Counted from the first letter of the stretch, positions 12,748-26,200 are shown. The stretch: 64,000 bases of DNA from Takakia lepidozioides (GCA_030704615.1 CM060733.1:21142001-21206000), one strand, 5' to 3'. Made by a program: numbers and translations. The notes: generated from the letters alone by a model not told the origin.

Positions 12748-15700
12748 TCAGGAATCAATCTCTTGTTGAGGAGAAGGCAGTAGCTCCCTGAAAGCCTCCA
12801 CAAGCGTGGCTGCCTTGTACGTGAAGAACCCCACCAGCATTGGGATCAGCTGCAACTGCATCAGTCCATACTCTGGCACCACCAACCTGCCATCCTCCAC
12901 AATCTCCTGCCGTGTTACTGCTATGGTTCATGCATATTTCGCAAAATGCTGAGTGCAGAGAGTTATTGCAAGTAGCAGGTGCTTCACAAAACAAACAACA
13001 AGAATCGTACCCATTCCAGCGGTTAAAGAACATGACCAGCACCATCGGAACCAGCAGACGGGGTTGCCCCAATGCTCCCCTGCTCGTCCCCACCAATCCA
13101 TGTCCTCTTAGCATTCCTCCACTTGTGACCAGCTGCACAAGTCTACTAGGAAGGACTACATAGAAACGTCATAGATTTCTTGCAAACACACAAGCTGATA
13201 GCAATGTGTCAGAAAGCTAGTGACTCCATCAAAGCCATCCTGATAATAGACATACCAATCCAATGGATGGTTACAAGCCAGGCATCTGATAAATACTGCT
13301 ATTGGACGCTAGTTGATCAGAGGGGCAATGTAAGCTCTATCAAGTGCTGAAAGGAGCCATTTACTTCGACTCTGGGGGGGCTAGTGTTATTCGGAATATC
13401 TTCAATCAGAGTTATAGTCGGCTTACCATTTGGTGATACAAGGACAGAAGCAACAAGGCTGGATACAACAATACCTCACAGCACTACTCGCATCGGAGGC
13501 ACCAATAGAGTCTGTGCTGTTGGCAAGCATCCGAATGTAAGCCACAGCTCCTAAAAGTCCTGCTCCATAACTACTCCAAACCACACATCCCAACATCTTA
13601 GAGCCAACTTTGCACAGCTAATAGACTATCCATGACCAACCAGCGAGGCCGAAATTTCTGTGTATCTGACTAGTAATGCAGGGTAGATAGAAGAGAGGGA
13701 AGCAAACAAACACAAAGTCAACTTTATTCAGGGAAAGCTTATCAGTTTAAGAGGTATCAACAAAAACTTGCAGGATAGCAAACCCTAACTGATCGAGACT
13801 CCAGTCCTAGAGAGAGATAAATATATGTAACAGAAAAAATGTCAAAGTTAACTAATCAAAGCATGGCACCTGGCAGCAATTTCTGGAGAATAGGATACAT
13901 AGGCCATCACCACACCAGCGCCCCCAATTGCAAGTGTCAGTACCTGAAGGTCTCTCTTCAGCTGCTCACCTCCGCACAACCACCCACAATTTTTCAGCAA
14001 TAGGTTGTCACCCCTGGAGGGATCATGCAGTCATCACGAATTATGACAGATAGCAATCTACAAGCATTTGTTGAACTGCACAATTTTCCAGAAGCAAATT
14101 GCGTGACTTAGCAGGTCAGTTTGAGGGAAGACCTTAATGTAACGCTCCCTTTCAGCTGCAGCTACCTTAACAGGGTCTGACCTCTCTCTAGCAACCTCTC
14201 GCATGAGCATCTCCTGCACAAATACATCAACATTCCCAGTGCCAGTTAGGAACTTCCATGACTAGCATGGACAACATTGCAGAGTGGTCTAAGCCATTAA
14301 TGGCCTCCTTACACACATCGGTGTCAAAAGGAAATGTGCTAAGGATTCTGATACCCTTCCTAGTATGCAGAACCAAACAACGCCTTTAGAACTCGTACTT
14401 CCACAAGTGAGAAATTTAAGCTGTGCAACCATCTCCTTAGTTCTCCTGGATAAGGAATAGCCAGTTGCCGGGCTAAATCATGCCCAGTGCTTTTGGATGA
14501 GGTTAAAGCAAAGCAAGTGCACATAGAAACAAACCGTGCCCCCTGAAGCTGCCTTGCGTGCATTGGACCAAAGCTGTTCCTCCCGCTTCGTTGGAGCAGG
14601 TCGCCACTTTGACTTGTTGACCTCTGCCCTCTGCATTTCAGTTGTGCAGAAACACACCCCATTCAAACCAACCACCCCAAAATCTCAGCTTGGTACCTAG
14701 AAGCTTCGTACTACTCCTCCCTTTCGACTTATTTTGTATCTGCCTGTCTCATCATTCCCAGGAAAGAACTGCAACTGGACCATGTACACTCCCACAGCAT
14801 GAAAGAATCCCATGTAGAAAAAGTATATTAAAATAAACAAAGCTACAAACCTTTGCCATCAGAGCATGCACACAAGGAACTACTTGATGCACACCACAAT
14901 ACCTTAGCAGCAGCAGCAGCAGCTTGACGAGCAGCTTCAACCTGGCGATCTAAAGTAGCCTTCGATGGCTTCATAAGCTCCTGGCTTAAATCGACCTCCA
15001 TGCTGCAATCCAATCCCCTTGGTCACACGTAACTACAATTTCGGGTACATGCCAAATATAACATATGAATTCCTGAACTTCACCTGATTTAGGAAATCTT
15101 AGAAATAAAGTGGGTGCATGCTCAACAGTTAAAAAATATCCCTTCAGAGAAAAACGCATGCACTTCCTCTTCCAACTCAACCAGCACAGAAGATCTTGGA
15201 AATCTGCAGTCCACCTTTCTTGAAACTTACTCCTCACTGCAGTACTGTAATCCTAGCATCCAAATGCAAAGAGCCCAGTGTTCACACTTTAAGATAACGC
15301 TGGATGCAAGCTAGGTTTGGAAACCAACTAGGGTACCAACCTGTCGAGAACAATCGCTCTGTTAAGGCTGAGAAACCCTGACTCTGGCTCCTTAGGCTGC
15401 CATTTTCCACCACTGCAGAGAATCACAACATGCCTGACAAACTAGTTCGCCCTAGATATAACAATGGAAGCAGCCAAAGTCTTTTGGGAAGACCCAGCCG
15501 ATAAACAGTTTATAAAAAGCAAAACCACAACAATACAGTGAAAGACAAGTTGACTAAAAAAGAACCCTGAACATCAGGGTTCAAAGCTTCCTGGACGCAT
15601 GAAGAATGAAAGGAAGAGAAGAAAAACCGATTCAGAGAAATGGAGAAGAGCCAGAATGGCCTTAAACAGATCCCCACTTACGGTACATTGATGTACCGTA

Positions 15701-16183
15701 ACTTCATGACCTCGACATGATGCCACATTTTTTAATTTCAAGCACAGCAACTCCATATCAACTGGTATTTCCTCCTATCAATCAAGTGGGTAAGAGAGAG
15801 CTAACCGGAGGTGAGGCAGGGACTACAGAAGAGGGAGCAGCTTCCACATGTGGCTGCCACACTTTCTTCCAAATGTAATCGTCTGTACTTGTGAGAGGAT
15901 CTTCCATTGGATTCCCACCCCAAGTTCGACGGAGGCGAACATCGGAAGGCGGTCCTCCATACTCTCCCGGTCCATCCCCCTTGGACCACTGGGACTTCCG
16001 CTTCAACTTGGGAGACGGCCTCAATATCATGCTGTCTTCTCCATTAAATTGCTCTTGTGAGGAAGACGAAGAAGACGGCGATGAGGCAGCATTCCGCACA
16101 GAAATACAAGGAAGATACTCTTTGGTAAGGCTGCTGGATTTGCTAACTCCCAAATTCAAGCTGCTACCTACAGATAGATACAT
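12748..16183 (-). CDS. CGL160: Chloroplast ATP synthase assembly factor CGL160 (Atp1/UncI-related)
   Basis: Exons 16183-15806, 15396-15341, 15002-14903, 14630-14535, 14213-14133, 13961-13870, 13570-13475, 13079-13011, 12886-12748. Motifs WSKGDGPGEYGGPP, WGG..EDPLTSTDDYIW, SGFLSLNR..LDSMEVDLS, QPRLLVPMVLVMFFNRWN, LIPMLVGFFTYK. Ser-rich transit peptide. Confidence 0.95.
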
Positions 16184-16282
16184 CGCTCACACCTTCGCAA
16201 TCTCGTCGATTCCACCCTGAAAATTCTCAAAGAAATCGCTTCGCTTCACTCTTCAATCCAACCCACAATGCAGAATCGACCA

Positions 16283-16284
<2 letters not shown>

Positions 16285-16322
<38 letters not shown>
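16285..16322. repeat. (CT)n microsatellite at the 5' end of CGL160
   Basis: Perfect CT dinucleotide run. Confidence 0.9.
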
Positions 16323-16325
<3 letters not shown>

Positions 16326-16433
16326 CCGAGGCTTTTTGGATCATGTTTGCAGGCCCTTCATATATCGCCGCGTATCGTGAGATGAATGTGATGTAAGAAT
16401 TATATAAACCCTTTATAGTAATAAATTTCGAAC

Positions 16434-16677
16434 GTTAGTCAGTAGCTCAGTTGGTAAAGTGCACTGGGTACCACCCAGATGATTCTGGGGTCAAATCCTG
16501 CTACTTGACTGGTGTGGTATACTCTTCCCCTCCCCTGGGTTGGGGGGTGTCCCATTTTTCAGCCTCCATTGGCAGGGTTTCTGTGAACGAGGTTATTTTC
16601 TCCTCTCACTATCAAGGGGCCTGATTTGTGAGCTGTCGCTCCCAGGTGTTAAAAGAAAAAAAAAGAAAAGAAAAAAA
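16434..16677 (+). mobile_element. tRNA-derived SINE
   Basis: A-box-like AGTAGCTCAGTTGGT (16441-16455), B-box-like GGGGTCAAATCC (about 16487-16498), unrelated body, A-rich tail 16651-16677. Related degenerate heads near 16708-16765 and 37095-37140. Confidence 0.65.
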
Positions 16678-16957
16678 TCGGGCTTATAGGCCCTTCTTTA
16701 CGATAAAAACCAGCTTAGTTGGTCCAGTGGTTTGGGGCTCAAATCCTGCTACCTTCTCCTGTGTGCTACTGTTGTAGGATATACGAGAACTGTTAATCCA
16801 AAACCCAAGTTTGTATTCATCCATGGAGCTCATTTTGTATCCAGGAGGGAAAACTGTCCCGCCCATCGTCTTTCCCACTCCAGCGCAACGTTCGAAGAAT
16901 CACAGACAGACAGAGACAGACAGAGTGAGAGAGAGTGAGGGAAGGGGTAAGGAAAGG

Positions 16958-19900
16958 ATGTTGTCATGGCAGAAACAGGAGGATAAGGAGCTGAAGAAGA
17001 AGCAGGAAGAGGAGAAGAAAAAGGAAAAAGAGCTGAAGAGGCAAGAAGAGGAGGCTCGGAAGGAGAAGAAGATGAAGGAAAGAGAGGCTGCGGAGCGGAA
17101 ACAACAGATTGCTCTACAGAAGCAAGCTTCAATTATGGACAGATTATTTCGGCGTAAGGAACCAGAGACCGCTGGGCAAAATGGGGAGTTAGAGGTCAAT
17201 GGCTCCACACCGTCTCCTTTGCAAGAGAGCAGCCCATGGGCCCCCTGCACGCCGCCATCAGAGGAAAGGATGGCGCGCATGGATCAGGAGCTGGGTGATG
17301 CTCAGAACTGGAATACTGAAGATTTGTTCAGGTACTTCTGCTCTTCCCTCCGTTCTTGATGTCAATATTGTTGGACACGTGAAGCTTTGGTCTAATTCTA
17401 ATTCATCTGTGAATATTGCAACCTTGCAATGTCCTCGTTCATTCCCAGAAGACCGGCAGTCTATTGTTGATTTGCAACCATATCTAACAAGGACATTACC
17501 AACAAAATTAATAAGATTGCTATATTTTAGAGGGGACTTTCCCTGTAGAAAGTGCTTTCGGGGCTTGAAGGCACAGCACTATCCTTGAAGCACATTCAAG
17601 GCACTATCCTTTGCTGTTGTGATTCGGTACTGTGGGAAAACTCAAAAGTCTGGATACTGGACTGCAATTTTCGGTCCTCTATGTACTGTAATTGATAATG
17701 GCAAGAACAAAAGCTGCTGAATTTGTTTCATCACTTACAAGTGAAATCCCTTGCATAATACAGTTTCATTCAAAGTCAGGTGTCTGAGTTTGCTTTACCT
17801 ACCAAGCCTATATCCCTACGGATAGTTGTTGCGGGGATCCAAAAGAAAGCATCACCCTTGTAACCCTCATACTATGCTGACGAATGTCTTGTCCATACGT
17901 CCATACCCCTACTGAATTCCAGGTGCCACTTATCTGGTTGGAAAGATCAGCGAAAGCACATTGCTCCAAATAGGCTGCTGAGGTGGGGACTTCGCAGGAA
18001 ACCAAAAGTGACAGTCTACCGGGCGCTCCGCCTACATGGTGCAAGTGTGGACATGTGTAGAAAGAACCCTCCTGGTACGAATGAGCAAGAGAATGACAGA
18101 ATCGTGATGTCAACACCAAGCCCTAAGCGGTCTAGAGAAGAATTTGAGGAGGCTATCAAGTTGGATGTACAGAGGGAGGAGATTCACTCCTTGATACTCA
18201 ATGGGGATCCCGTTGACAACCCAAGGAAGAAACTTTGTACAAAACCCTGGAAATTGTTGCAGTTTGACAAGGCATACAGGCCTGCTTACTATGGCACTTT
18301 CTCCAAGAAAAGGTGATACCCCTGGCTGTCCCTCTTGGGTTATGTGTGTCTCCTTCCACCACAATGTAAACATAACACAGTTTGTGGCAGCATGATAGTT
18401 GTAGGCATGTTTGCATGTGACCATACAGTTGAAGTGAGTAACTCTTCTGAACGAAGAATCAACAAACAGATTGCTGCAGTTGGGGTGAAACTCCATGTTC
18501 ATCAAGCATAATAGAAATAAGCTTCTGCACCTTAGAACTTCAAATTTTTACTGGTTTGCTTCCACAAACTCTATTCAAGACCACAGGGTGGTATTGGCTG
18601 TGATTAGTAAACTCAATCCATGTAGTTACTGCTGCCATTGTTGTAATATTCTACCTGTTGCCTTCTTTCTATTCACTGGCTGCTTCAAAAATTGCTTGAG
18701 CTGCTTGCCATGCTTTTAGCTACAAAGCCTCATCGCCGACTTGCTGGCTTTTTACAAAATCTAGTTTTTCTGGAATGTGTGGGTTCCTGACTAGATGGAA
18801 TCAATTATGCAGATTGCTCCAGTATAATCAACAGATGTAATGCTTACATGCTTGGGATGTGGGAGTATTAAAATTGTATGTGGGAAAAACCAATGTGATG
18901 AAAGTTGTGTTGATTGTCTGCAGTGAGACCGTCAGACCTCGTCGTCCTCTGAATAAAGACCCATCCTTGAATTATGAGGTTGATAGCGATGAAGAGTGGG
19001 AAGAGGTATGCGTTCTCGCATCACCGATAATTTTTGCATGGTCTGCTAGTTATGCTACTGATGCATGGGGTTGCTTCTGATGTACACAAGATAATGAGAC
19101 AAGATATGCACTGTGAGAAGGCACAAGAAAAAGAGTCTGATTTAGACAGGTCATCCAGAGATGTATCGTCGTTTATCTCAACTGTGGCAAGCTGCCCCAT
19201 TCTGGAGAACAATCTTGATTACTTGTTAAATGAGATGTATTCATTAGAATTTGCAAAAATGGGAACAAATGCAGAGCTGATTGGGGGCCACTATCATCAT
19301 GGAAGGCATGTGGGACACATGTTTATTGGTGGAGTCATATTAGACGATGAATGGAGAAGATTTTCTCATCTAGGGATGGCATTTGGGGATTGTAGGAGGA
19401 CCCAGGAGAGAGCCTGTCAGACTGTGAGGACAAAGAGGATGACATTGACAAGGCTAATTCTGAAGTTGATGAGGAGAGTGCTGATGGGTTTGTTGTGCCT
19501 GATGGTTATCTCTCAGAGAATGAGGTATGGAGCCATCTCAACATATGTTCATGTAACTAGCTGCGAATGTTTTCTGGCATAATTAGTCCCTTTTGACCTG
19601 CCATGGATACAGTAAATTCTGGACTGAATAGTTGCATATTCAGAGTTGATAGTTTCTTGTGTGATTCACATGGGATGTCCTTTTGTGCAGGGGGTGCACT
19701 TGGAAGACTCTGACTTCTCCAACAACCCTCTTAACCATGCATGCGGTAATGAGGAAAATGGCGGCCAAATGTGGTCCAAGCAGGCTGATAAGGAGCAAGA
19801 GGTCCGAACATTGGACCGCCTAAGAAACCTCCTTGATGATGCAACCCAGCACGCATTGAGATGCAATCGACCCTTCCTGGTGTCAATTCTCATGCAACAA

Positions 19901-20122
19901 TCTACCAATCAGGAACTCAAGCCCCAACTTCCAGCCAATTGCACAGAGCGCTTGTGCCTGCAAGCTCTGAGCATGCAGATTGCTGCTGCAGAGCTGGTCA
20001 TCGAACCTCCTGATGAAGTAGCATCTGGAAAGGAATTCACCAAGGGGGTGAAGTCGGGAAGGATGAAGGCTAGAAAAGCAAGAAGGCGTGAGCCCAGTTT
20101 GTACCAAGCGATACCAGTATAA
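16958..20122 (+). CDS. FAS1: Partial chromatin assembly factor 1 large subunit (FAS1/p150-like); truncated gene or recent pseudogene
   Basis: In-frame exons 16973-17331 (KER, ALQKQASIMDRLF), 17923-18312 (RWGLRRKPK, KLLQFDKAYRPAYYGTFSKK), 18924-19005 (DPSLNYEVDSDEEWEE), 19396-19524 (EDPGESLSDCE, DGFVVPDGYLSENE), 19691 to about 20090/20122. Possible last exon from 20606. N-terminal and WHD exons not found. Confidence 0.75.
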
Positions 20123-20829
20123 AAAATCTGTATATTTCTTCCAGTGTCAAGTATCAACTGAGCGACAGGTTACAAAATCTCTAGTAGCAGCAGAGCATTT
20201 GAGGCTTTTTAAGGATGTACACTGTTCTTTATAACTGTACAATGATACCAATCAGCACTCCACAGTATTGTAGTCCAGATATGTCTGTTGTTCTTTCTGA
20301 ATGTACAATGCCACTGATCAACACTCACAGAAGGTCTGCCAGTATCAAATTTCAACAAATTGACATCCACAAAATCTCACTCTCGTGGCAGTGTTTGCAT
20401 TTTATTCTTCTTGTCCTACATTAAGGACGGCAACTGCTCTTTTTCAATTCTACTATGTTTTCAATGCTTCCCTGGAAGGACAACTGCTCTATGTAAAGGG
20501 CCTTGTCAAGGCGAGGCAGTTCTGTAACTTCCAGCTTGCTGCTACACCTAAAGCATGCCTTATTCAAATTGTTTCGCAGAGACATCTCAAACTGTGGTGC
20601 TGCAGGCAGTAAGCCCGAGTCTCATCACGAGCTTTCTTTTAAGAAGGAGCAGCAAACCAGCAAACTATCTCACCAGCAAACTGTATAAACACCAGCAAAC
20701 TATCTTCACTCCTCGGCTTCTTCATCGCCACTCCCAGCACGACTCAACATCACACACTTCATCTCACCCACGCACCCCAACCCCCTAAACCACGCCCCCG
20801 CCTCCCAAACTAAACAAAACGAAACGGGC

Positions 20830-21645
20830 TACCCAAGTGTCCAGTGTCATCTAAGCCCAAGTGTAACTTCTATGTATCCGGGTGTGTCTCCTATGTCGAG
20901 GCCCAAGTGCAACCTCTAGGGTATTCTGTGCCTTTTGCACATGTGTGAAGAATTGAAATGTAAGACCAAGTACAATTTCCTTTGTATCCAACTATGTCGG
21001 AGGTTGGGTAGCGTGTGAGCATGCTCACCCGAGCACAAGCGAATATTAAGGACATTCCTTAGATGCCTATCGAATATTCGCCAGCGAAACTAAAATTGAG
21101 AAATTAAAAGCTTTGCGAAAGTTTTTTTAACTGCTAACATGCCCTCACAGCATCACTTAAGAAACAAGTAACACCTACACACGATAAACATGTTACCCTA
21201 TAGGCGTGGGGTTTCCTCACGTAATGCGAACCAGATACCCCATAAAACCCCTCAAAAACAAAAATCGCCAGATATCGGCAGTTTAAGCCCTAGAAAAGTT
21301 ATTTTCGCACTGAGAAAATAAATCTGAAGGTACTCATATGCACCGGGCCTGTTAACATGTAATTCCTATGACTGCGGTTTGAAAACATTTAACCCCTATG
21401 ATCGCGGGTTGTGCTCTCGCCGTGCTCACGTGAGCGTGCTCATGCTGTGCTCACAGATACCAACCCCCCTATGTCGAGGCCCAAGTGCGACCTCTAGTGT
21501 AGCCTATGCTGTTGGCCCATGTGTGAAGAATTGAAATCTAAGTCGACCAAGTGCAATTTCCTATGTATCCAAGTGCGTCTCCTATGTCGAGGCCCGTCTA
21601 AGCCCAAGTGCAATCTTCTATTCATGCATCCAAGTGCATCTCCCA
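20830..21645. repeat. Short-unit repeat array (GCCCAAGTGCAA / CTATGTCGAG), probably CACTA subterminal repeats
   Basis: Many copies of CCAAGTG and CCTATGTCGAGGCCC on both sides of the MITE, next to a CACTA transposase relic. Confidence 0.55.
20999..21468. mobile_element. ~470-bp MITE with G-rich TIRs (Mutator-like), nested in the repeat array
   Basis: Left end GGAGGTTGGGTAGCGTGTGAGCA; right end reverse complement GGGGGTTGGTATCTGTGAGCA. Flanked by the direct duplication CTATGTC(G) starting at 20992 and 21469. Confidence 0.7.
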
Positions 21646-21647
21646 CG

Positions 21648-22290
21648 TAGCGAACGGACTCTTTGAAATCCTTCATAGCCCGCTTCACAGGGTACTTCCA
21701 CCGGGAGGTCAGAGGGCCACACAAATCCAGCTCGTCAACTAGGTGGATAAGCAAATGAAGAGGGTGAGAACTCTTTTTCAAGGAGGCAGAGTATGACAGT
21801 CATGTTCTTCTTCAACTCTTCATGCTCGCTGGGATCAACCACTTTTGCACAGAGTTTGCGAAATACTCGCAATATGGCATTTCGTACGCCCTTAGCCATT
21901 AAACCACATAGAGCAAGAGGGAGAACTTACTGCATAAGCACATGGTAGTCATGTGACTTTAGTTGTGAGAGTTTTTTTTCTTACAACATGTTTTTTAAAG
22001 GCAGATGCATACCCCGTTGGCACTTTCAGCTTTGTGATTGTGTCCAGGAACACCCTCACCTCATCTCTTGTGAGCACATATGGCGCTGCGGGCATCACAA
22101 ATGTGTTCTCCTTCGTGGGATGCCTTTGCAACCACAGGTGGGGACGAATGCCTTGTAGCTCAAAGTCACAACGCACCTATCCTTTTCCCCAAAAATTGTC
22201 TTGATGATATTTTCTGTGACATTCTTCTCGCAATACATCGAGTCAATGGTGTTGCGGATCACTAGGTGCTGCAATTCATGTGCCAAAATG
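21648..22290 (-). mobile_element. CACTA/En-Spm transposase (Tnp2/DUF4218-type) relic
   Basis: IRNTIDSMYCEKNVTENIIKTIFG, GIRPHLW..MPAAPYVLT..LKVPTGYAS, HDYHVLMQ, HLLIHLVDELDLCGP..RWKYP, with frameshifts and stops. Confidence 0.85.
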
Positions 22291-22821
22291 ATTCACAGGA
22301 AAGTCAAATGGTGACACAAATATGCCAACACACTATCACACATCTGTGAATAAAAAACAAATGCACAAATATGCAAAATAGACAAGCATGAGTGAGGAGT
22401 CCCCATACCTCCCAATAAGGATGGACAGCCGCTTGACACCATGGATTTTTGAGGGATCAGCATGTGCGATTGAATCCTCATCCTCAACCCAATACTTATT
22501 CAAAACTTAATGTGTCAATGTGGTGTGTGGACATAAGAGGCATTGAACTCAAAGCAACGGTTTACGCATTGTTAATGTGTTTAATCATTGACTCCATTGG
22601 GTCCAAACGTCCAAACATTTAGATGGACCCGCAGGCATTGCTTAGAACGGCACTGTTGGGTTTGAAGCTTGCAATATTCAAATAAAATATCGGTTTTTTT
22701 TTTTATTAATTTAAAGAACAGGGGGATTGTAGCCCTGAAGACGGGGTTTCATGTTTCATCGCCCTTAAAAAAATAAAAATAAAAAACAAAAAAATGACAT
22801 GCATTTGGCTTATGTTTCCAG

Positions 22822-23140
22822 CAGCGTTTTTTTTTGGCGAATTTTCGCCAAATGGCGACTCAAAAAATAGAAAAGAATATTCCGTAGCAAATTCCATGTT
22901 TTTTCATGGATGAAATCGCCAAATTTCTCCAAAAAAAATAAAAATAATGGATGAATTCGCCAAATATGGATGGTATGAATGGATGAAAGTATGGATGTGG
23001 ATGATTCTGTCCTAATTTGAATGGATGAACAGAATATTTGCCTAATTTTTGCAAAACTCTGTAGCCACTCGTGCTATTTTCCGAATTTAAAAAGAAAACT
23101 CTGGTTTCCAGGTCAATATATTGAACTAGTTTCGCCAATT
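22822..23140 (+). mobile_element. MITE-like repeat with a CAGCG-T(n)-GGCGA end
   Basis: End CAGCGTTTTTTTTTGGCGAATTTTCGCC with internal TCGCCAAA and GGATG repeats. A related end in the opposite orientation lies at about 48899-48999. Confidence 0.45.
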
Positions 23141-23224
23141 AGGGTTTCAATGGCTAAAATCTAGCAATAGCTTGCTACTTCCCTTCACAGCGTCGTCGTC
23201 TTGGCAGAGAGCTGTGGATGTGCG

Positions 23225-26200
23225 ATGGAGCTTCTCTGGAGCCGGCCTGCCCTCCTCCCTTTGCTTCTACTTGCCTTGGCCTGCCTGCACATCTGCACCT
23301 GCTCGTCCTCGGATCCTACATCAAGGTATTTTGGCTTCCCCCTTTGTGTCATTGCCGTTCGCTCTCCCCCCAGCTCCGTCTACATCAGCATATAAATTCA
23401 ACGATTGCAAAGATATGGCTAGTGTAGTCGGTGTAAAATGACCCGAATCTGATAATTATAGTGCATACTGAGGAGTATAGCTCTCTGGAGGCGGTGGCAC
23501 TACTCACCTTCGCATGTGTATCGCATGAGTCTAACATGTGGTCTAGCACGTTGGGCGTAAATTGGTGGGGAGAAGCTCTGAATTTAGCTGGTACTCGATA
23601 CTGCCGGTCTGACCAGGCAGGCCTTGACGTCTATATCTTGGGGATCTTCAGGGCTCTTATGTTGCATGGAATTTAGGGTTTAAAGGAGGCAAGTGCGGAG
23701 TAGTCAATTCGCTGTATGCTATTAGGCTAGGTCAGCTAACTCTTTCACTTTGGCCTGAATCCTACGTTGGAGACCTTCAGATGGCATATCTTCTCCTATC
23801 CCCTTGTGATGCAGGTTGGGTCGAGAGATCCTTGATCAGTTTCAACTCCTTGACGTACTGCAGCGATGACCTCCATTTGAGGCGATGTTATGCATCCAAT
23901 TTTTGCGTCAACCATGTTGTTGAAATCAGTGATTCAGCAAACTGAATAGTGATTCACCACGTTGTTGAGTCTATCTATTCTCTCTGTGGTGTTATGGTGG
24001 AAATTATATTTTGCGCCAGACCATCTGACAACTTTCTGGATACTGTATCTCATGGGGTAAATTAGCCCTGATCAGCGGGAAACCCAAGTATGAGCCAACA
24101 AACAGGGCCTGGTTACAGCTCACTGTCAAGGTGATGGAAGATTAAGATGAAACTGATCTTTGCAAGGGTTTGTTGGGATGCAGGAGTACTGAGGGCTACA
24201 CTGTGGATGGCAGAGTTAAAGTGGAAGGTGGGTAAATCTTGAATTTCAGAAAATTGAGTGAACGACGAGATTGTACATTGGATGGATGTTTCTTCATAAC
24301 ACATCACTCTATATATTGTAGAAATGCACAATAAGACTGGGGAATTGAATGATGTGTCTTACTGTGGACTACATTTGATTGAGTCATTTTTACCCTGATT
24401 TGATTTTTTTGTCATAGTTAGGCACTGTACTCCTTTCTGTTTTGATGTTGTTCATATGGGCAAAGCTCAAATCAAATGTCATCATATACCTTGATCACAC
24501 TTTCCAGGAAGTGAAAAGGGATAATGTACGGAGCCATTGCCCTCCTCTGTGTCAGTAGATCATTAATACTGGTTGCGATCTGAGCATCTCACCTGATCTT
24601 ATCTGCATGTGTTTATGGAAGTTGACGTAGGATGTCATGGGATTTAGCTGATCTATGTGCCATCTTTTGATTCGGTACTGAGATGTCTCGGTACCCTCTC
24701 TATCACTGACTGACACTTGATTGTGCTTTTGTCAAGGTCATACTTTCCAGCATGGTATCTGTGCTCGACACAGAACTGATCATAGTCATTTGGACATGCT
24801 TGGTTCAAAGTCCGTCCTTGGTTTCTCTCATGTGGTTGAGGCATGAACTTCTGTTGTCTTCATGCAGGTTTGGCAGGGAAAGGAGCCCTCAGCAAGATAG
24901 CCAACATTAAAGTAGTTTTGAATGGGGGTCAAAAAGTTGCTTTCATCCGGCCGGATGGCTCTTTTGCCTTGTATCCTCCTCTGTACCTGTGCCCTGTCTT
25001 TGGTGCTCAAAACTGTTAGTCAAGGACTCTGCAGTCGTTGGTAGTTCCTTAGCATATGAAAAGAACAATTCTATTCATATATCATTAGGAGCCTTCCAAA
25101 GAATTTACTTTCAGAGAGAGGAAAGGCCAGGGAGAGAGCAAAATGTTGTCTGCCTTGACTGTTAATTTGAATGACTGAAGCCAGGATGTGCCAGCCGGGA
25201 CACATTTATTAGAAGTTGTGGCATTGGGCTTTTTCTTTCCTCCGGTAAGTCAACTTTCTATGTTCGTGTTCATCTGTGTGAAGATGTGTTATCAGTCTGT
25301 ACTCAACATTTCCTTGTCCAGGTTGCGGGTCCAGGTCCTCACCCATTTCATGTAGGAAACTGGTAGCCAATGGTCATGATGGCTTGAATTGTTTTGAACA
25401 GCTTTATTACCAGTCATGTAAACGTGTGGTACTTGAAGTGGTAAACATGTGCTGAGAGGCAGAGTTAGTCAGGTAGGAGTTGCACTTATTGCTGTTTTAA
25501 TGTATGTGCAGGTTGACTGGTCACAATAGCTTGAATTGTTTTTTAACAGCTTCATCATCAGTCATGTAAAGAATTGGTGTTTGAAGTGCGCTAAAAGATG
25601 CCCTGAGAGGCAAAGCTAGTCAAGTATGAGTTGCCATTTATGCTGTTGGTAATTTATTGTTCAGGTTCGAGTAGATGTAAGTGCCAGGCTGCAAGGGCAG
25701 GTGCGTGCAAGCCTCGTGGAGACTCGCCGCAGCCTTCCTGACTTCTTAGTTCTGGAGCCTCTCCGCGAGGAATACTACTATGAGGCAAGCTCACACTCTT
25801 TCAGGGTTGGGTTGTGAGAAGGGAAATTGATAAAGGATGTGGATAGAGATAGATTGGTCAGTATATTTGTAGAGGTTCTGTGAGATGCCCTTTTAGTGGA
25901 GGTTCTGTGGGAAGCCCTTTCCCTTGCAGCTGCCTTTTGACGAGGTTAAATCAGTGAGTTTGGTCATATGTGGCAATTGAACACTGTTAGTACTCGTGCT
26001 CCTTTGTACCGTGACAGACTTGGCTGATGGTGAATGGAAACCCGTTTCATGTGAACTAGGAAACTGTTGTGGTGTAAGGAGATACATGAGCTTGCTGACT
26101 ATATTAAGCCGAGCAACACAATCGTCTCTTTTGATAGCCCAACGTGAGGGCAGTGTACTTGAAGGACTATAGGAGGAGGCACTTCAATCTCATTGGATGG

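Noticed and set aside
16441-16510. tRNA gene
   Set aside because: A/B boxes are present but there is no convincing cloverleaf, and a body plus A-tail follows; treated as a SINE.
16830-17280. Ser/Phe-rich minus-strand ORFs
   Set aside because: Antisense of the low-complexity FAS1 KER exon.
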